Source: Octopus sinensis (lineage: Eukaryota). Taken from it: a stretch of DNA of 64,000 nucleotides. Location of the stretch: positions 113,274,001 to 113,338,000 of the forward strand of contig NC_043003.1 of assembly GCF_006345805.1 (NCBI RefSeq), given 5' to 3'. A model generated the notes under the pieces. It had not been told where the DNA came from. It ran no database searches and saw only the letters and a list, made by a program, of their open reading frames with translations. A program made the translations under genes and the position numbers. Shown piece by piece: positions 51,219 through 64,000 of the stretch; within the stretch, counting starts at the first letter, position 1, and each line of letters opens with the position of its first letter.

Positions 51219-52883
51219 ACGTCGTTATGTTTATGTTGAGAAGAGTTATCGTTATGTTTATATTGAAAAGAGTTCTAGATAAGGGGAGGTAATAAGTGAT
51301 TTCTTCCGGTGTAAGGGAGATAATCGCTTAAAACTTTTTGCCTTTCCTTTGGGGTGAATTTCTCTGTATAAGTATGTTGGAATGGTTAAGTCTGGGCTTG
51401 TACTTTTCAATGAAGAATGTTTCCTTGTTTAGTCTAATTTGTGTTGATGTTCCGATAGCACATTGGTAAAATGGAAAGATTAAAAATTGTGGTAGTAGTT
51501 GCTTTGCGCATTTCTCAATGTGCTCACTAAAAGGTATCATTCTGCAGTGTGCGTCTACGTCTGAGTGATAGTCCCGTGGATCCCACGTAGTCTTGGTGGC
51601 AGCCCGAACATTTTATGACATAAATTGTTTTCAGAGGCACAAGTAAAATTAGATTTGATCTTGAATTTCTGTCCCTCTTTGAAGAGGAATTCTGATCCCT
51701 CTAGCAGGTTTGGACATGTTGCACAGTTCGGTCTACCACATTTTTTTACTTTTGCATCCGTAATTTCAGAAAACAATTTTGCCTTTGTGAGAATCTTTTT
51801 AAGTGATTTAGGTTGTTTGTAGCTTTTAATGATTTGGTGTATGTTTAGAATTTCCTTTAATTTGGGGTCCTTATGAAGTATTGGTAAATTCTGGGTTATG
51901 ATGGTGAAGGCTTCTTTGTTTCTGGGGTTGTATGTAGATATGTAAGGTAGTATTTTCGGGGAGGTGTGTTGTTGTGTTGAACTTTTCTTAAAGTTTCTAT
52001 GTTGATTTCTGTTGCACGTCTGATCCCATCCTCTATGAGTTGAGCTGGGTAATGTCCTGTCAATTAGGGTGGTTTTTGAGTTCTTGCAGTCTAAAGTTCC
52101 TGGTATTTTGTTCTGACACTATTGTGCATATCCTTCTTGCAAGGTTGAAGGGGATGTTTGTTTTAGTGTGTCTTGGGTGGCATGAATTAAAAAGAAGGTA
52201 TTGTTTGGCGTCTGTGGCTTTGTAAAAAATGTCTGTTTCTATTTTAAGGTTAATTTTTTTAATTAGTATATCCAAGAACGGGAGCTCCTTTTGATTCTAT
52301 TCCATTGTGAACTGTATATTTGGGTTTATGCTGTTCAATAGGTTTTTAAATTTTAGGAGTTTATCTGTGTTTTCATTCCAGAGTATAAAACAATCGTCCA
52401 GGAATCGTTTCCAATTCTCTTTTATGTATTGAGAGAGGGGGTTTCCAAAGATTGATAAAGATTCCTGGTAAATGATTATTTCCAGGTAGCCCATTGTTAG
52501 GTTCGCAATGACTGGTGCTGCCCTTGTACCCATAGCAATTCCGGATTTTTGGCGGTAAAATGTATTGTCAAACATGAAGTGGTTATTATGTAGGATGAAT
52601 TCAATTGATTTAGTAATGAATTCTTTACTGATCCTTTTTGGTATTTCTTCCGAACACTGGTCCAGCCAGAACTGTATTGCCTCTAGTCCATAATTATGAG
52701 GTATACTGGTATATAAGTTAATTACATCAAATGAAACCATGATTGTTTCTTCCTTGGCTTTTTTGGAAGGTGGTTTAACATATCTAAGTCAACATAAACA
52801 TAACGATATAAGTCAACATAAATATAACATCTAAGCCAACATAAACATAACGATAACTCTTCTCAACATAAACATAACGACGT

Positions 52884-52922
52884 AAGAAATTTGAAAAGCT
52901 AAACGCGAAACAGGTCTTTCTT
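52884..52922 (+). ncRNA. Degenerate second copy of the hammerhead in the inverted terminal repeat
   Basis: AAGAAAT-TTGAAAA-GC-TAAAC-GC-GAAA-CAG-GTC-TTTCTT: stem III palindrome broken (C>A) and one base deleted in stem I. Confidence 0.45.
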
Positions 52923-53080
52923 CTAAACTATGTCATTGTAAGAAAAAATTTATAATATTCTTCAGATATATTGACTCAAATATATATTTTTAACCTTTTA
53001 AAACAAGCCTTCTGTAGTTTTTTCACTTTTTACTATTTTATATATATTCAACCACGTGCTTTCACAAACCAACTTTCTTA

Positions 53081-53112
<32 letters not shown>

Positions 53113-53699
53113 ACACACACACACACACACAAATGTATGTATGTATGCTGTTTTTGACTTGCTTGAACTGAGCAGGATGAACGACGCATGCGCACCATTT
53201 CTATTGTTTGGCCAATATCTCTTGGAGTAATGATAAATATGTCATTCCGGAACGCTTCGACTTCTACGCCTCTTTCAATATGGCTATCGCCATTCCATCC
53301 GACGCTTCATATATATATATTGCTTATTGCTTTCAAATATGGTAATTCTTTCCCCCAATTCCATTCACAAACCATTACCAACTTCCAACTTTGCCTTCCA
53401 CACTCTACCGAATGTATTTCTCCTTATTATTAATTTTTTTTATCGGTTTCTTTTTATCTTGGTCTAAGATTTTAAATATTTGCTTCTTTCATACGTTCCC
53501 TTTCACAACAGGCAACATGAAAGCGAAATGCAACTGAAAAGAGTACAGACAAAAATTCGTGCACAAACACACACACACACACACACATATTTCATATACA
53601 TATATATAACATATATTATATCTGTATATTACATATATATTTTTTTTTCTAGTTTCAGCTCAGAGCTGCGGCCATGCTGATGCACCGCCGTTTTGTGCT

Positions 53700-54390
53700 A
53701 CACTGTTATTACGACGAACCTCGTCTAATATGTGGCACTTGGTGAAGAATGGAGTTTGATACAGCTACTCTCATTTGCACCTCTTGCCGTGAGGTAGGTT
53801 CATCTGGGACTCTTGACAGGAAGATGTCCAGCTTTAATTTAAAAACCCCTACATCTACTTTGTGCAAGTTCCTCAGACTCTTTGGGAGAATATTAAAAAG
53901 CTGTGGGCCCTTGAAACCCAGGCTGTTGCAGTAACTGGTTCTGAAGCACGATGGTGTTGCTGGGATCTTTTGGCACTATGCAGTGTCGTCCCGTTCTAGC
54001 ATTGGTGTAGCTTTCAATGCCAAAATTTGGCACAATTCCTTCCAGGATCTTCCAGACATATATTACTGCATACCTCTCCCGTCTTCTCTCCAGGGAGTAG
54101 AGTCTTAGCTGTTTCAACCTTTCCCAGTATCTGAGCTGTTGCAAAGAGACGAACTTCTTTGTGAATCTTCTCTGGATTGCTTCAAGGTCCGCTGTTAATT
54201 TTACACTGGTGGGTGACCATAGCTGTGAGCAGTAATCCAGGCGACTGAGGACGAATGTCCGCCAGAGGACCATCATAGTTTCCTTATCTCTGGTTCTGAA
54301 TGTTCTTAGGATCCACCCAGCCAGTCGTCTGCACTTTGTCGCCATCCTGGTAATGTACACTTGGAAAGAGGTATCATCACTCATGTTGAA
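53700..54390 (-). mobile_element. CR1-type LINE 3' end
   Basis: ORF 53893-54384: GWILRTFRTRD...LDYCSQLWSP...LEAIQRRFTK...YSLERRRERY. Confidence 0.9.
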
Positions 54391-55149
54391 ACATATGTCG
54401 AGAGTAAAGGAATTTTGTTAACATCTTCGTTCGACTCCTTTATTTCATTTATTCATATACAACACACAAATTTCTGCACATGAACCCGGAGTTTCTACCC
54501 TTGACAGGTCGCTTCAACCGTGTTTCTGACGAGAATTTGCTACCCAGGTTTCGGTTAAACGAATTTTCCATGCTGACGATAAACATAGGATAATTCATTC
54601 ACCTACTTATATGTGTGTACATAAATAGAGAAGGAGTAAACGTGAGAGAGAGAGAGATGATTGCAAACTAAACCGGAAGTTATATGACAGATTTGTCTAA
54701 AATTTTTACAGTGATTATCACTTATTTGTTTTATTTCTGTATCCGCTTTGAAATTGAAATGAATTTACAAAATATGCGCGCGCACACACACACTCGAACT
54801 GAAACGGAAAAAAGAAAGGTGAGAAATGAGAAGGTAGGAAGGAAATACTATAATTTTGTATGTCAATATAATTGATTAGCCATGAATTAAATATGGAGTG
54901 TCGCTATACACATCCTGTGAAAGAGCTGCAGTCAACAATAGCCAACAAAGACGATCCCCCAAGGAGAAAGAGCTGTCCCTAAAACGAAGCACAACTCAGA
55001 GATGTCTTGGATTCCTTATTTTGAAATTCAAGATGATGACGATCGGTTAAAGTAAATATCAAGGCTGGAGTGTAAAACAACCATACGTATTTAGTATCTA
55101 CGTGTGCTTGTGTTTATGCATGGTGGTAGTTTGCGTATTATTATTATTA

Positions 55150-55700
55150 TTGAGTGAGAGAGCAGTTCATGCCATCAAAGTGACACTGGGGTAAAATATA
55201 CGAAGCCCAATATACCCATCATGACTACCCGTCTGATAAGGGTACACCAGGCACATGCATCACAACCATATGTGCGCGACACGGTGATCTCATATCAAGA
55301 TAACGCATGACCTTGCAAGTGGCGCCCAGTTAGAATTTTCTTCAGGTTGAGTAGCCCATCCCGCTCAAAAGGTCCCTGAATAAGGGTTGTTTAAGGATGT
55401 TGAAAGAACCACCCATGTTTCCAGAGGTGAATTATTCAAACCCCAAAGAATTCCTCTCAAACCATGGCTATGATGCTCTCCCACTACTTCTGCTCGTGAT
55501 CAGAGATGCACATATCGTAAGTCACTAAGGGACATGCTCAACTGATTAAGGTCAAACAACTGACAAGCAAATCTGTGGTATTGAGCAGAATATTTGCTGT
55601 AGCCCATCTTTTATACCAAGACAAAACAATGTACCTGATAACACTTCCAATCAGTTAAGATCAGAAGCCATGAGAGCCACTGCCTGGTACTGCATCAGGG
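55150..55700 (-). mobile_element. ~550-bp non-coding retroposon inserted in a (TAA)n tract
   Basis: Flanked by (TAT)n on both sides; no ORF; no obvious tRNA-like head. Confidence 0.55.
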
Positions 55701-55719
55701 CATTATTATTATTATTATC

Positions 55720-57121
55720 ATTTCCTCTTTATCATAGTTTTTGTTTGAGTTCCTGGAGTCTTGCATGCGTAGCGGACTTGCTGCTTGCAACGAACGGGTG
55801 CCATGCTACCCGTTCTTTTCAGCTGTCTAATATATTCCTGGTTATTCTGGCCGTGCCAGGGAAGCAGAACTTTTGTAACAGTTCTAGTGGGCTCTCTATT
55901 CCAATTTCCTTTATATTCCCCTTGATGCCTTCTGATACTGTTCGCAAGGACCCGGCAATGATTGGCACAATCTTCACCTTCATTTTCCATGGCCGAGCTA
56001 TTTCGTACTTAAGATTGTTGTATTTATCTATTTTTTCTCCTTCCTTCCTTCTTGACTATTATTACAATTATTTGTGACGTTGCACAGTATCCAATATCGT
56101 GATTCTATTGTTTGAACATATTGTGTCTACCGGGGGATTTGTACTGTTTGTCAAGTTACAACAAGGACCACAGACAAACAGTACATTTCGCAATATGCGT
56201 GCTGTTCCAAGTAATGCCGATTGGTGCAGTTCACCTAGATTGTAGGGTATCTCTAAGGTTACCAGTTGTTTTCAGGTTGGGTGGTATTGAACCCAATGCT
56301 TCGATGACAACAGGGACAACCTTTATGTTTGACTCTTGTACCCTAACCACATCTTGGCGATATCAGTTCTCAGGTTTCCATATTTATGAATCTTTTCCCT
56401 TTCATGATATGTTGATCTCCTGACACTGCTACGTCAATTATTAGGCACTCTTGTTTGTCCCTCCTAAAGGTTACTATGTCCGGCTTTCGGTGTTCTAACA
56501 CTTTGTCTGGAAATCAAAGTCCCAGAGGACTTTTGTCTCCTTCTTTTCGTCCATTACCTTTTCCGATGTATGTTGGTACCTAGCACCCGTTACCTCGTAT
56601 CCATACTTCCGGCATCGTAGCCAATGAAGTTTTGGGGCTACCTTATGTCTTCGCCTGTACTCTTTCTGCACAAGATTTTCCCAAGCACTAACAATGTGAG
56701 TCACATTTTCGACCCTCTTCCCACTCATTATGCAGAGGTCCGTTGCACTTGCGTGATATATGTATATATATATATATCCCGTTTCACTCAGCTGGTATTC
56801 AATATCTGATCCTAGACCGCGATGACTAGGTTTTCAGCATTCCTTTTTTTAGGTCACCCTTGCTGAGCCATCTCCATGGTGCTTCTTGGTCTTTTAATTT
56901 GTTGGTTTCACGTCGGAACTGACCATGTAATTCCATGCCGTGTAGGCTTCCTCCTCTCATTGGATGCTCTTGATCGGAATATATATATGCACTCTCAAGT
57001 GCATTTTTGGTAAATACTTCTGCATTAGCAGCATACTGTAGTAGGTCGTGTTTGTTGTTTACCAAATATTCTGTCATGTTTTTTCTTACACTGTTGATGC
57101 ACTCCCGCACACTAATCAGTC
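55720..57121 (-). mobile_element. 5'-truncated R4/Dong-like LINE (thumb to RLE and 3' UTR), flanked by (TAA)n on both sides
   Basis: LHGQFRRET...WRWLSKGDLKK; ENVTHIVSA...EYRRRH; KVLWDFDFQT; VPVVIEALGSIP. (TAT)n at about 55700-55718 and 57122-57160. Confidence 0.88.
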
Positions 57122-57159
<38 letters not shown>

Positions 57160-57185
57160 GAAGCAGCAGCAGCAGTAGTAGTAGC

Positions 57186-57219
<34 letters not shown>

Positions 57220-57279
57220 TGCTAGTGAATGTTAATTTAGCAGTTATTTTATCTTGGGGTTGGTGATAACAAATCTCAA

Positions 57280-59660
57280 ATTTGAAGAATCTGCCTTAGG
57301 ATTATTGTAGAATATACGATGGTACTTTTCTTCAACAAAATTTTTCAATTCAAATTTCTCTGTCCTTTTAGGTGCCATCTTGGATGTTGTTCCAAGTGCA
57401 CCTCTTACTACAGGAATAGTTATTGCCTTGGTCTTGCACAGTTTCTTCGGATATCTGGTTAGGCACTGCTATTTCTCTTATTTTTTAAAAACATTTCTTT
57501 GGTATCGACTCTGCTATCATAAAGAATTGCAGAATCTTAGATCTCGGACTGTTTATGCCATCCTCTATAATCATATCTGGCTTTCTTGCCTCAATAGTGT
57601 GGTTAGTCTTTATGGCGAAATCCCAAAAGATCTTGAAATTCTTGTTTTCTATCGCAGCTTCTAGTTTTTGTCCATATCAATTTTATTTTGTTATTTTGAA
57701 GCCACACACCCACACCTAACATCCCAATGCACTATTTTGCATGCATAATCATGTCTGCCTTTATACTCCTTTTGCGCTAGTATGCTGCACTCACTCAAAA
57801 TATGATTGATACTCTTGTCTCCTTTCCTGCAGATTCTACAGATTTGTCAATCTTTGCCTTAATCACATTTGTCCTAATATCTTGTTCCTGAGCGGCATTC
57901 GAACTCTGGTCTCTCGTTTCGGCAGCATTCTCAGTGTGTTGCATGAATTGGTCATACAATTCTATTTCCTTCTATCTGCTTGCTCTGTTGGTCTTCATTC
58001 TCTTCTTGGATTCTCCTACTGTTTCAGTCCCTTTTCAGGTATCTCTGGCTACTGAAAGTATCCTTTCTTCACTCCACACCGCATAACCTTTCAAACCCAA
58101 ATCGCAGTACTAATGATATCTTCTGTGGTAAGTAATTCTCTGTCTCCTTCCTTTCTTGGTAGGTAGAGTCTACCAGTAAACCTTTTAGGATGTATTGCGC
58201 TGTGCATTGTGAACTGGTTTCTAATTCTCCCGCTCAAGTTCAGTAACTTCACCTTTGACCTTTTCAGAAAGGGATCAGAGTATCTTAATAAAGGCATAGT
58301 CCATGCATTTATTGCCTAAATTATATTTCCTCAGTCTAATTTTGTTTCGAGTACCTTCCTAGTTTTGCTCTTGTACCCCTTAGAAATTTTCTCTCTCAAT
58401 TCTCCTTCCATTATCCCAACATCTTGTAGCTTCGGCAGATATTTGTATTCCTCATTATTTCACAGTGATCTAGTGATGTTGTCTTATGTTAATTTTATGC
58501 CAAGAGGGTTCATCTTCCAGCCCCTCTTCCTAATTAGCACTCTGCACTTATTTACTCCAAATGGCATTCCAATACCCTTGCTGAATATTCTTACTGTTTG
58601 GACCAAAGAAACCAGATTTTCTCACTCTTTAATATATTGCTTGAGACCCATATAAAACAGGTGATTTATTTTCACCTTGGTTTTGGTAAACTCTCGTAGG
58701 CAGGGCTAGATTTTCTCAGTATGCTTTTCAGAGAGATCATTGCAAAAATGAAGAGTAGAGGAGGGAGTAGATCTCCCTGGAAAATGTTCCGGCATATTTT
58801 CCCGTTTCTTAGCGTTTCATTTGCGCATGTCACTTCTACTTCCCACACTATGTCTCTCTCTTTTTTCTTTTACATGTTTCAGTCATTTGACTACGGCCAT
58901 GCTGGAACACTGCCTTTAGTCGAGCAAATCGACCCCGGAACTTATTCTTTGTAAGCCCAGTACTTATTCTATCGGTCTCTTTTGCTGAACCGCTAAGTGA
59001 CGGGGACGTAAACACACCAGCATCGGTTGTCAAGCAATGCTAGGGGTACAAACATACACACAAACACATACATATACAAATATATGCATATATACGACAG
59101 GCTTCTTTCAGTTTCCGTCTACCAAATCCACTCACAAGGCATTGGTCGGCCCGGGGCTATAGCAGAAGACACTTGCTCAAGATGCCACGCAGTGGGACTG
59201 AACCCGGAACCATGTGGTTGGTTAGCAAGCTACTTACCACACAGCCACTCCTGCGCCTATTACTCATTACGTTTTCATAAAAAAGCTGCTTATCATCTGA
59301 TCGACTCCGAGCGTCGTCAGACGCTCCAAGAGCTAGCAGCGTGGAACATTGCCGTAGGCCTTCGTGTAATCTACCCAGCCAAAAGCTAAATTCTTCTAAG
59401 TCGTACCCATTTAATATTCTGCTGTCTATATACGACAAATCAGCAGCTCTCCTTCGTTTTTCTGCTCCTCTAACAATAAATTCTCCTTTTCCAGGATTTT
59501 ATATATATATTTCATCAGCTATGAATCCATTTAATAACTTCCAGAGTAATGGTAAACAAGTAATAGGTCCGTAACTGCTGACTTGTTTGTCATCTGGGAT
59601 CACCTACTCAATGATTTCATATCCTAAAACAACATGAATTCTATTAGGATATGGGACTAA
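57280..59660 (-). mobile_element. Second decayed R4/Dong-like LINE, interrupted by a family B SINE
   Basis: WVDYTKAYGNVP (about 59345-59385); HPKRFTGRLYLPRKEGDRELL; AAQEQDIRTN...CRICRKGDKSINHILSEC. Confidence 0.8.
58860..59258 (-). mobile_element. SINE family B
   Basis: Full-length reverse-complement copy. Confidence 0.88.
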
Positions 59661-59687
59661 CAGTACCCTTTTTTATACACCATTACC

Positions 59688-60108
59688 GGATCTTTTCGGT
59701 TTGAACGGCAGTTTTTTCTAGCGGTGTCATATGAAATTGTCACCCATAATTATGACCCTAGTATCGATCTATTGCATTTCAATCTGTTTTAGGGTTAGTG
59801 TTAGTTAGGGATTGGGAAATGGGTATCTTTTTTTCTTCACAAATGTAAATAAGCCCAATCTGTTTCTTAAACGAGGGACATATTCATACGGCACAGAATG
59901 TTTTTTTACCTCAATAGACGTCAGTGATTGGTTGAAATTGCAGAAATTGAAGAAAAACAACAACAAATATCTTACAAACTATAGAATTTTCTCAATAAAG
60001 CCAAGAGAAAAAGTTGTTTTATAAACACATTCTACCAGTAACGAAGTTTAAAAATTTTTAGTTACCTAGAAATTATGTTAAAAACTGCCGTTCAAACCGA
60101 AAAGATCC
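59688..60108 (-). mobile_element. MITE, GGATC family, copy 5 (TSD CCATTACC/CCATTGCC)
   Basis: TIRs at both ends; 8-bp TSD with one transition. Confidence 0.92.
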
Positions 60109-60379
60109 CCATTGCCATTGTTATCATTATTTGATTATCCATAATGTTGAGTTATTGGTAGCACCATATGATTATCGCAGACTCCATTCTGTAGTTTATG
60201 GAGACCAAGACCAAACTATGAATCCTACCTACCTTCGTCAACGAATTATTTAATTGTAATTATGCGAATTAACAAAGCATTTGTTAATTCAACACAGTTC
60301 TTGACGATGTTGGTGAGCTACACTACGATATCTTGCTTGTTCTATTGTGGGTGAGGTGAGCCTTTAAGTAATACATACT

Positions 60380-60720
60380 AAGTGACTCGGCTACAGTTAC
60401 AACAGAGTGTCAGTTATATGCTAAAAGCCGCCAACATTTCTCTGGTGGACTGGTACCCTATAAACTTAACCAGCTGCAACTCCTACGAGCGATACATAAT
60501 GAACCAATTTTCTCTCCTTCTACGGAAACAGATATCTACATTGGACGAGCCTTTCGAAAAAGGATCAAAAGCTTCGCAAACAAGGATTGACATTTTAGTG
60601 CTATTATTCCCTAATGTATATTTTCGTATCAAGTGACAAACTGACTTAGAGGAGCTGTCTGTGATTTTGAGGATATAATCGGAACGCACGTTCACTGGGG
60701 CATTCAAACCAATTTGAAAA
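60380..60720 (+). mobile_element. Very decayed LINE RT fragment
   Basis: DWYPINLTSC...ERYIMNQ...EPFEKG resembles NYRPISLTSC...ER.I.N.L...GFRKG. Confidence 0.35.
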
Positions 60721-61649
60721 GTAATTTCTCAAATTTCGTACGCATCCCTACCTAATTGATTGATTGTAAAAATAGTAGGGTTTTATATTTTTTATTCGAA
60801 TATTCAGAGCCCGTTACATTTAAGTGGGGCGAATGAGTGTGGTTTTATTGACTCCACCCAACTCTAATGTCAGTCGTTAATTTATCTTGGTTCGCTTAAA
60901 TATCTCATGCTATGCTCTCGCAATATTCTTTGCATTTTGGCATAAAACGAGAACCTGCTTATTCTGCACTTCTTTCTAGCTTCATTTCAATCTTGATCAA
61001 TCTAAACTATGGCAAGAGTATTCCAGCCGTGGCTATCCCGTCTTAAAAATGGAAGAAGCATTCGAATTGTATCCGTCCGTTCTTTGAAAGGGTGTCATTT
61101 GAAGAATATTTGTCAGAAGCACCATTCAAATGCTTCTTTCGTTGGCTGGAATCTTTCTTTAAGAATGAATTTGATAAGAAATACCCGACACTATTGTGAA
61201 AAGTTTACCACAAATAAACGCAAAGAACAAGTCTTCGAATTTAAAAAAATTTATTGCAAAATCTGTAGATTCTTCCCTCTCTCCCCCTCTCCCCTCAATC
61301 TCCCCCTCTCTCTTCTCCCCCTTCTCTCTCTGCAAAATGAAAAAGAAATTGTTTTTTGATTCAAACTTAATGATTTTACATTCGTTATGGAATTCAGGCA
61401 GTTTATTGTTGCAACTGGTGCTGATGCTTAATCTCTTCTTAGTTGCAGGTCCATAATCAAAGGCATTACAGCTGCGAATTTCTAGTCTCTTCACCAGGCA
61501 GTTCTGCAGGAATATATATATATATATATATATATTCAATGTCTCTTTCATTTAAAAAAAAACAGGATAAATTTGGCTGCTATTTCTCGTAAGACGACCG
61601 ACTTCCTCCTTGGCTCGGAATACATAGTGACATTCAGATTTAGTTTATT

Positions 61650-63260
61650 TTTTTTAAGTGTATGGTGATCAACCGGTTCAGTAACCAAATCGTTTCTGGC
61701 TCACTTGACTAAATTGCCTTCCTTGTTAGCTAACAACTTCATCGGATCATCCTTCCATTACAGATCTTATAAGCTAGTTGAAGCCTTCGTTTGAAAGAAG
61801 AATCGGCTGAACCATTGGCGAATCAAGCAGAATACTTAGCAATATTTTTTCTGAATCTCGGCTCCCCGAATGGCAAATCTGACTCGCACCGAGGTCGGTT
61901 TTACCGTTCGTCTCCGTGCATTAACACCAATGCTTGCTACTCTCTCCTACCTTTTATCGACACCCTGGGTTTTCCCGAGAACGCTTTTGCCAGCCACAAA
62001 TCTTCTGTAGAAAACTAATATAGAGTTCTTCCTACCGGATTGTCGCCATTGTCGAACATGTAGACTGTGAGCACATGACAATGTTCCAGTCTTTGATTGG
62101 CCCAGTTCTGCAGGTCTGTCAAGCAGAGGAGCTGGGGAAAGTGCGTCCGACACACGAGGATCACAACTGTTTATCTTCAAAGTATCTTTGCAGATGTCAC
62201 AGTTTCGGTCCACGCCAGCACACCACTAACCACATCATACCCAGTCCTCCATTCGGCGAGTCTTAACAATAAACGGAGCGACCAACCAGAGAAACGAGTG
62301 TCTCCTCTACAAAAAGTGAAAGATCAGACGCTCCAATTCGGCCACACTCGGAGCAAAGCACAACGATCAGTCAGTATTAGATGGAGGTGGGGAATGTCGG
62401 CATCAACCACGTCTGTCTGACCTTACAAAGGTGATTTTCTCTCGGCTCATTTCTAGATAAGACTGACTACCCTTCTCATCACCTTGTCCCAGTTCTTTTC
62501 CACCTGGACATCTGCACCAAACCAGGCGCCAGGCAGTTAAACCAGTTCGTTATTTCAGCTCCCAATGACAATATCGAACAGCGTGGATCTGCCTCCCTGG
62601 GTGCTGAGTCAGACAGCCACTGCCTTAAACTTCCTGGTTAATCTCGGGTTTAGATTGCTGCTGATTGTGTTGATGTTCTTTATGCCTGACACTATTACGG
62701 TGATCTGATTGGCGTATGATGACCTTGCTATTCTGCTTCCTAATTTTCGTTGGTTGTCCTTTAGTTGCTCCAGTTTCTTCAGTAAAGGTTCCAAAGTCTA
62801 CAGAAGAAACTAGACAGGACAGCTTTGCCGGATCGAACGCACGTTTAAGGGCTATTCATTGTAACCACCGAGCAGATATTGCCGTATATTGCGGTGAGTC
62901 AGTCCCTGAAGACGGAACAGGAACCGACTATTCTGAGCAGAGCCACCAAGTATTTATGATCGACCCTATCGAAAGCTTTCGATTGATCTAAGTTGATTTA
63001 GCCAAACCCGTGTCAGGTTCCTTATTCCCCATTTTCTGTCATGTCCGCTATGAGCTGAAGGTCGGCCTAGATTGGATTGTTTGATATAGCGCATGCTAGC
63101 ACATATGTAATCAGTTTACGGATGACAAGGCCCAGCCGTGTCTCGAACACTTTTACGAAGAGGCTGGCTCTTCTGCATTTAGGGGAGTTATAGGCAGAGA
63201 ATTATTAATGAAATCCTTCTTGATCGAGGCCTTTCGCAGCAGCGCTCCTTCACCTCGATT
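61650..63260 (-). mobile_element. Decayed L1/Tx1-clade LINE ORF2
   Basis: INLDQSKAFDRVDHKYL; EPLLKKLE...SYANQITVIVS (YADD relic). Confidence 0.8.
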
Positions 63261-63289
63261 CACATAACTAGGGATTCTTCAAATGTGGT

Positions 63290-63640
63290 ACATATCTGTG
63301 AAGAAGTCACCGAACTTGTCTGGCATAACAGCATAAAGTTTGTAACGTGGAGCATCCAAAGCAGATTATTAGGTGGGGTGCGATATGGTGGTGACACTGC
63401 AGCTATTTATTTTTTGCGTTTGTTGCCTATGTATTTGTTGTTGCTGCTGTTGTTTTTAATGGTGATATTGTGGCTCGTTGATTTTTGTTGTTGTCACTTA
63501 AAACATGCGGAACCCATGCTCCATACTTCTGAACCTTTCCCATCAAGTGAAGATGCTTCTCTATAGCAGTGTGGAAGCATTCCATTTTCTCTGCCAGTTG
63601 TACGATACCCCTCACACAGATACTACGAAAAGTGACATCG
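63290..63640 (-). mobile_element. Mariner transposase relic
   Basis: LAEKMECFHTAIEKHLHLMGKVQKYGAWVPHVLSDNNKNQR (WVPHEL motif). Confidence 0.85.
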
Positions 63641-63649
63641 GGGTACACC

Positions 63650-64000
63650 CTGAAAAGTGGAGGAAAATTAAATCAGCTTTGGAAAAGATCTTTGGAAAGG
63701 ACGAACATGAAATAGTCTAATTCCAACAGTGCAGATATTTAGTAAAGATATCGCAATGGAATTTGGGACTAAAAAGTGTGGTATGCTTAAAATACAAAGA
63801 GTTAAAATAGTGTCGTCTAATGGTGTAGAGCTACCAACAGCGATAAAATCAATGATATTGGGACTAATGAGATATAAATATCTGGGGATTTCGAGAATAC
63901 AAATTCAAGGCAAGTGAAATGAAGGAAAGCTTTAAGCAAGAATATCTCAGAAGAATCAAGTTAATTATGAGAAGTAGACTCAACAAAATCAGAGCAATTA
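63650..64000 (+). mobile_element. R4/Dong-like LINE RT fragment running off the window
   Basis: IFGKDEHEI...QIFSKDIAMEFGTKKCGMLKI...YKYLGI...MKESFKQEYLRRIKLIMRSRLN. Confidence 0.85.

Larger units (their letters stand above)
51061..53038 (-). mobile_element. Penelope-like element, 5'-truncated RT + GIY-YIG, flanked by ~200-bp inverted repeats
   Basis: MVSFDVINLYTSIPH...GIAMGTRAAP...RFLDDCF...QFTME; PFLDI...YKATDAKQYL; CGRPNCATC; ETFFIEKYKPRLN. 51061-51261 is the reverse complement of 52841-53038. Confidence 0.95.

Noticed and set aside
62968-62983. Perfect palindrome ATCGAAAGCTTTCGAT
   Set aside because: It is the coding sequence of the RT motif QSKAFD in the L1/Tx1 relic.

Overview
Eukaryotic, AT-rich and extremely repeat-dense genomic DNA. 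The SINE families and dense (TA)n/(CA)n/(TATG)n/(TAA)n microsatellites fit an octopod cephalopod; this is inferred from recalled repeat families, not from a search. No intact host gene, rRNA, true tRNA or CRISPR array can be supported. The window is mostly decayed mobile elements: a Gypsy integrase remnant; LINEs of the R4/Dong-like and R2/NeSL-like (restriction-like endonuclease, RLE), RTE, CR1 and L1/Tx1 types; one clear Penelope element (RT + GIY-YIG) with ~200-bp inverted termini; a Buster/Charlie hAT; two mariner relics; five copies of a ~420-bp GGATC-ended MITE (8-bp target site duplications, TSDs, in four); one GGTAC-ended Merlin-type MITE (9-bp TSD); three non-autonomous Helitrons; and about 20 tRNA-derived SINEs from three head families. 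The most interesting signals are a minimal type I hammerhead ribozyme with a compensatory U3-A8 core in the Penelope 3' end, three further non-canonical hammerhead-like motif types (one on an arm of a ~190-bp palindrome), RLE LINEs and a short retroposon with both junctions in (TAA)n or (CATA)n microsatellites, and a few unassigned minus-strand exon candidates. LINE and SINE boundaries are approximate; TSD- and TIR-defined boundaries were read base by base.
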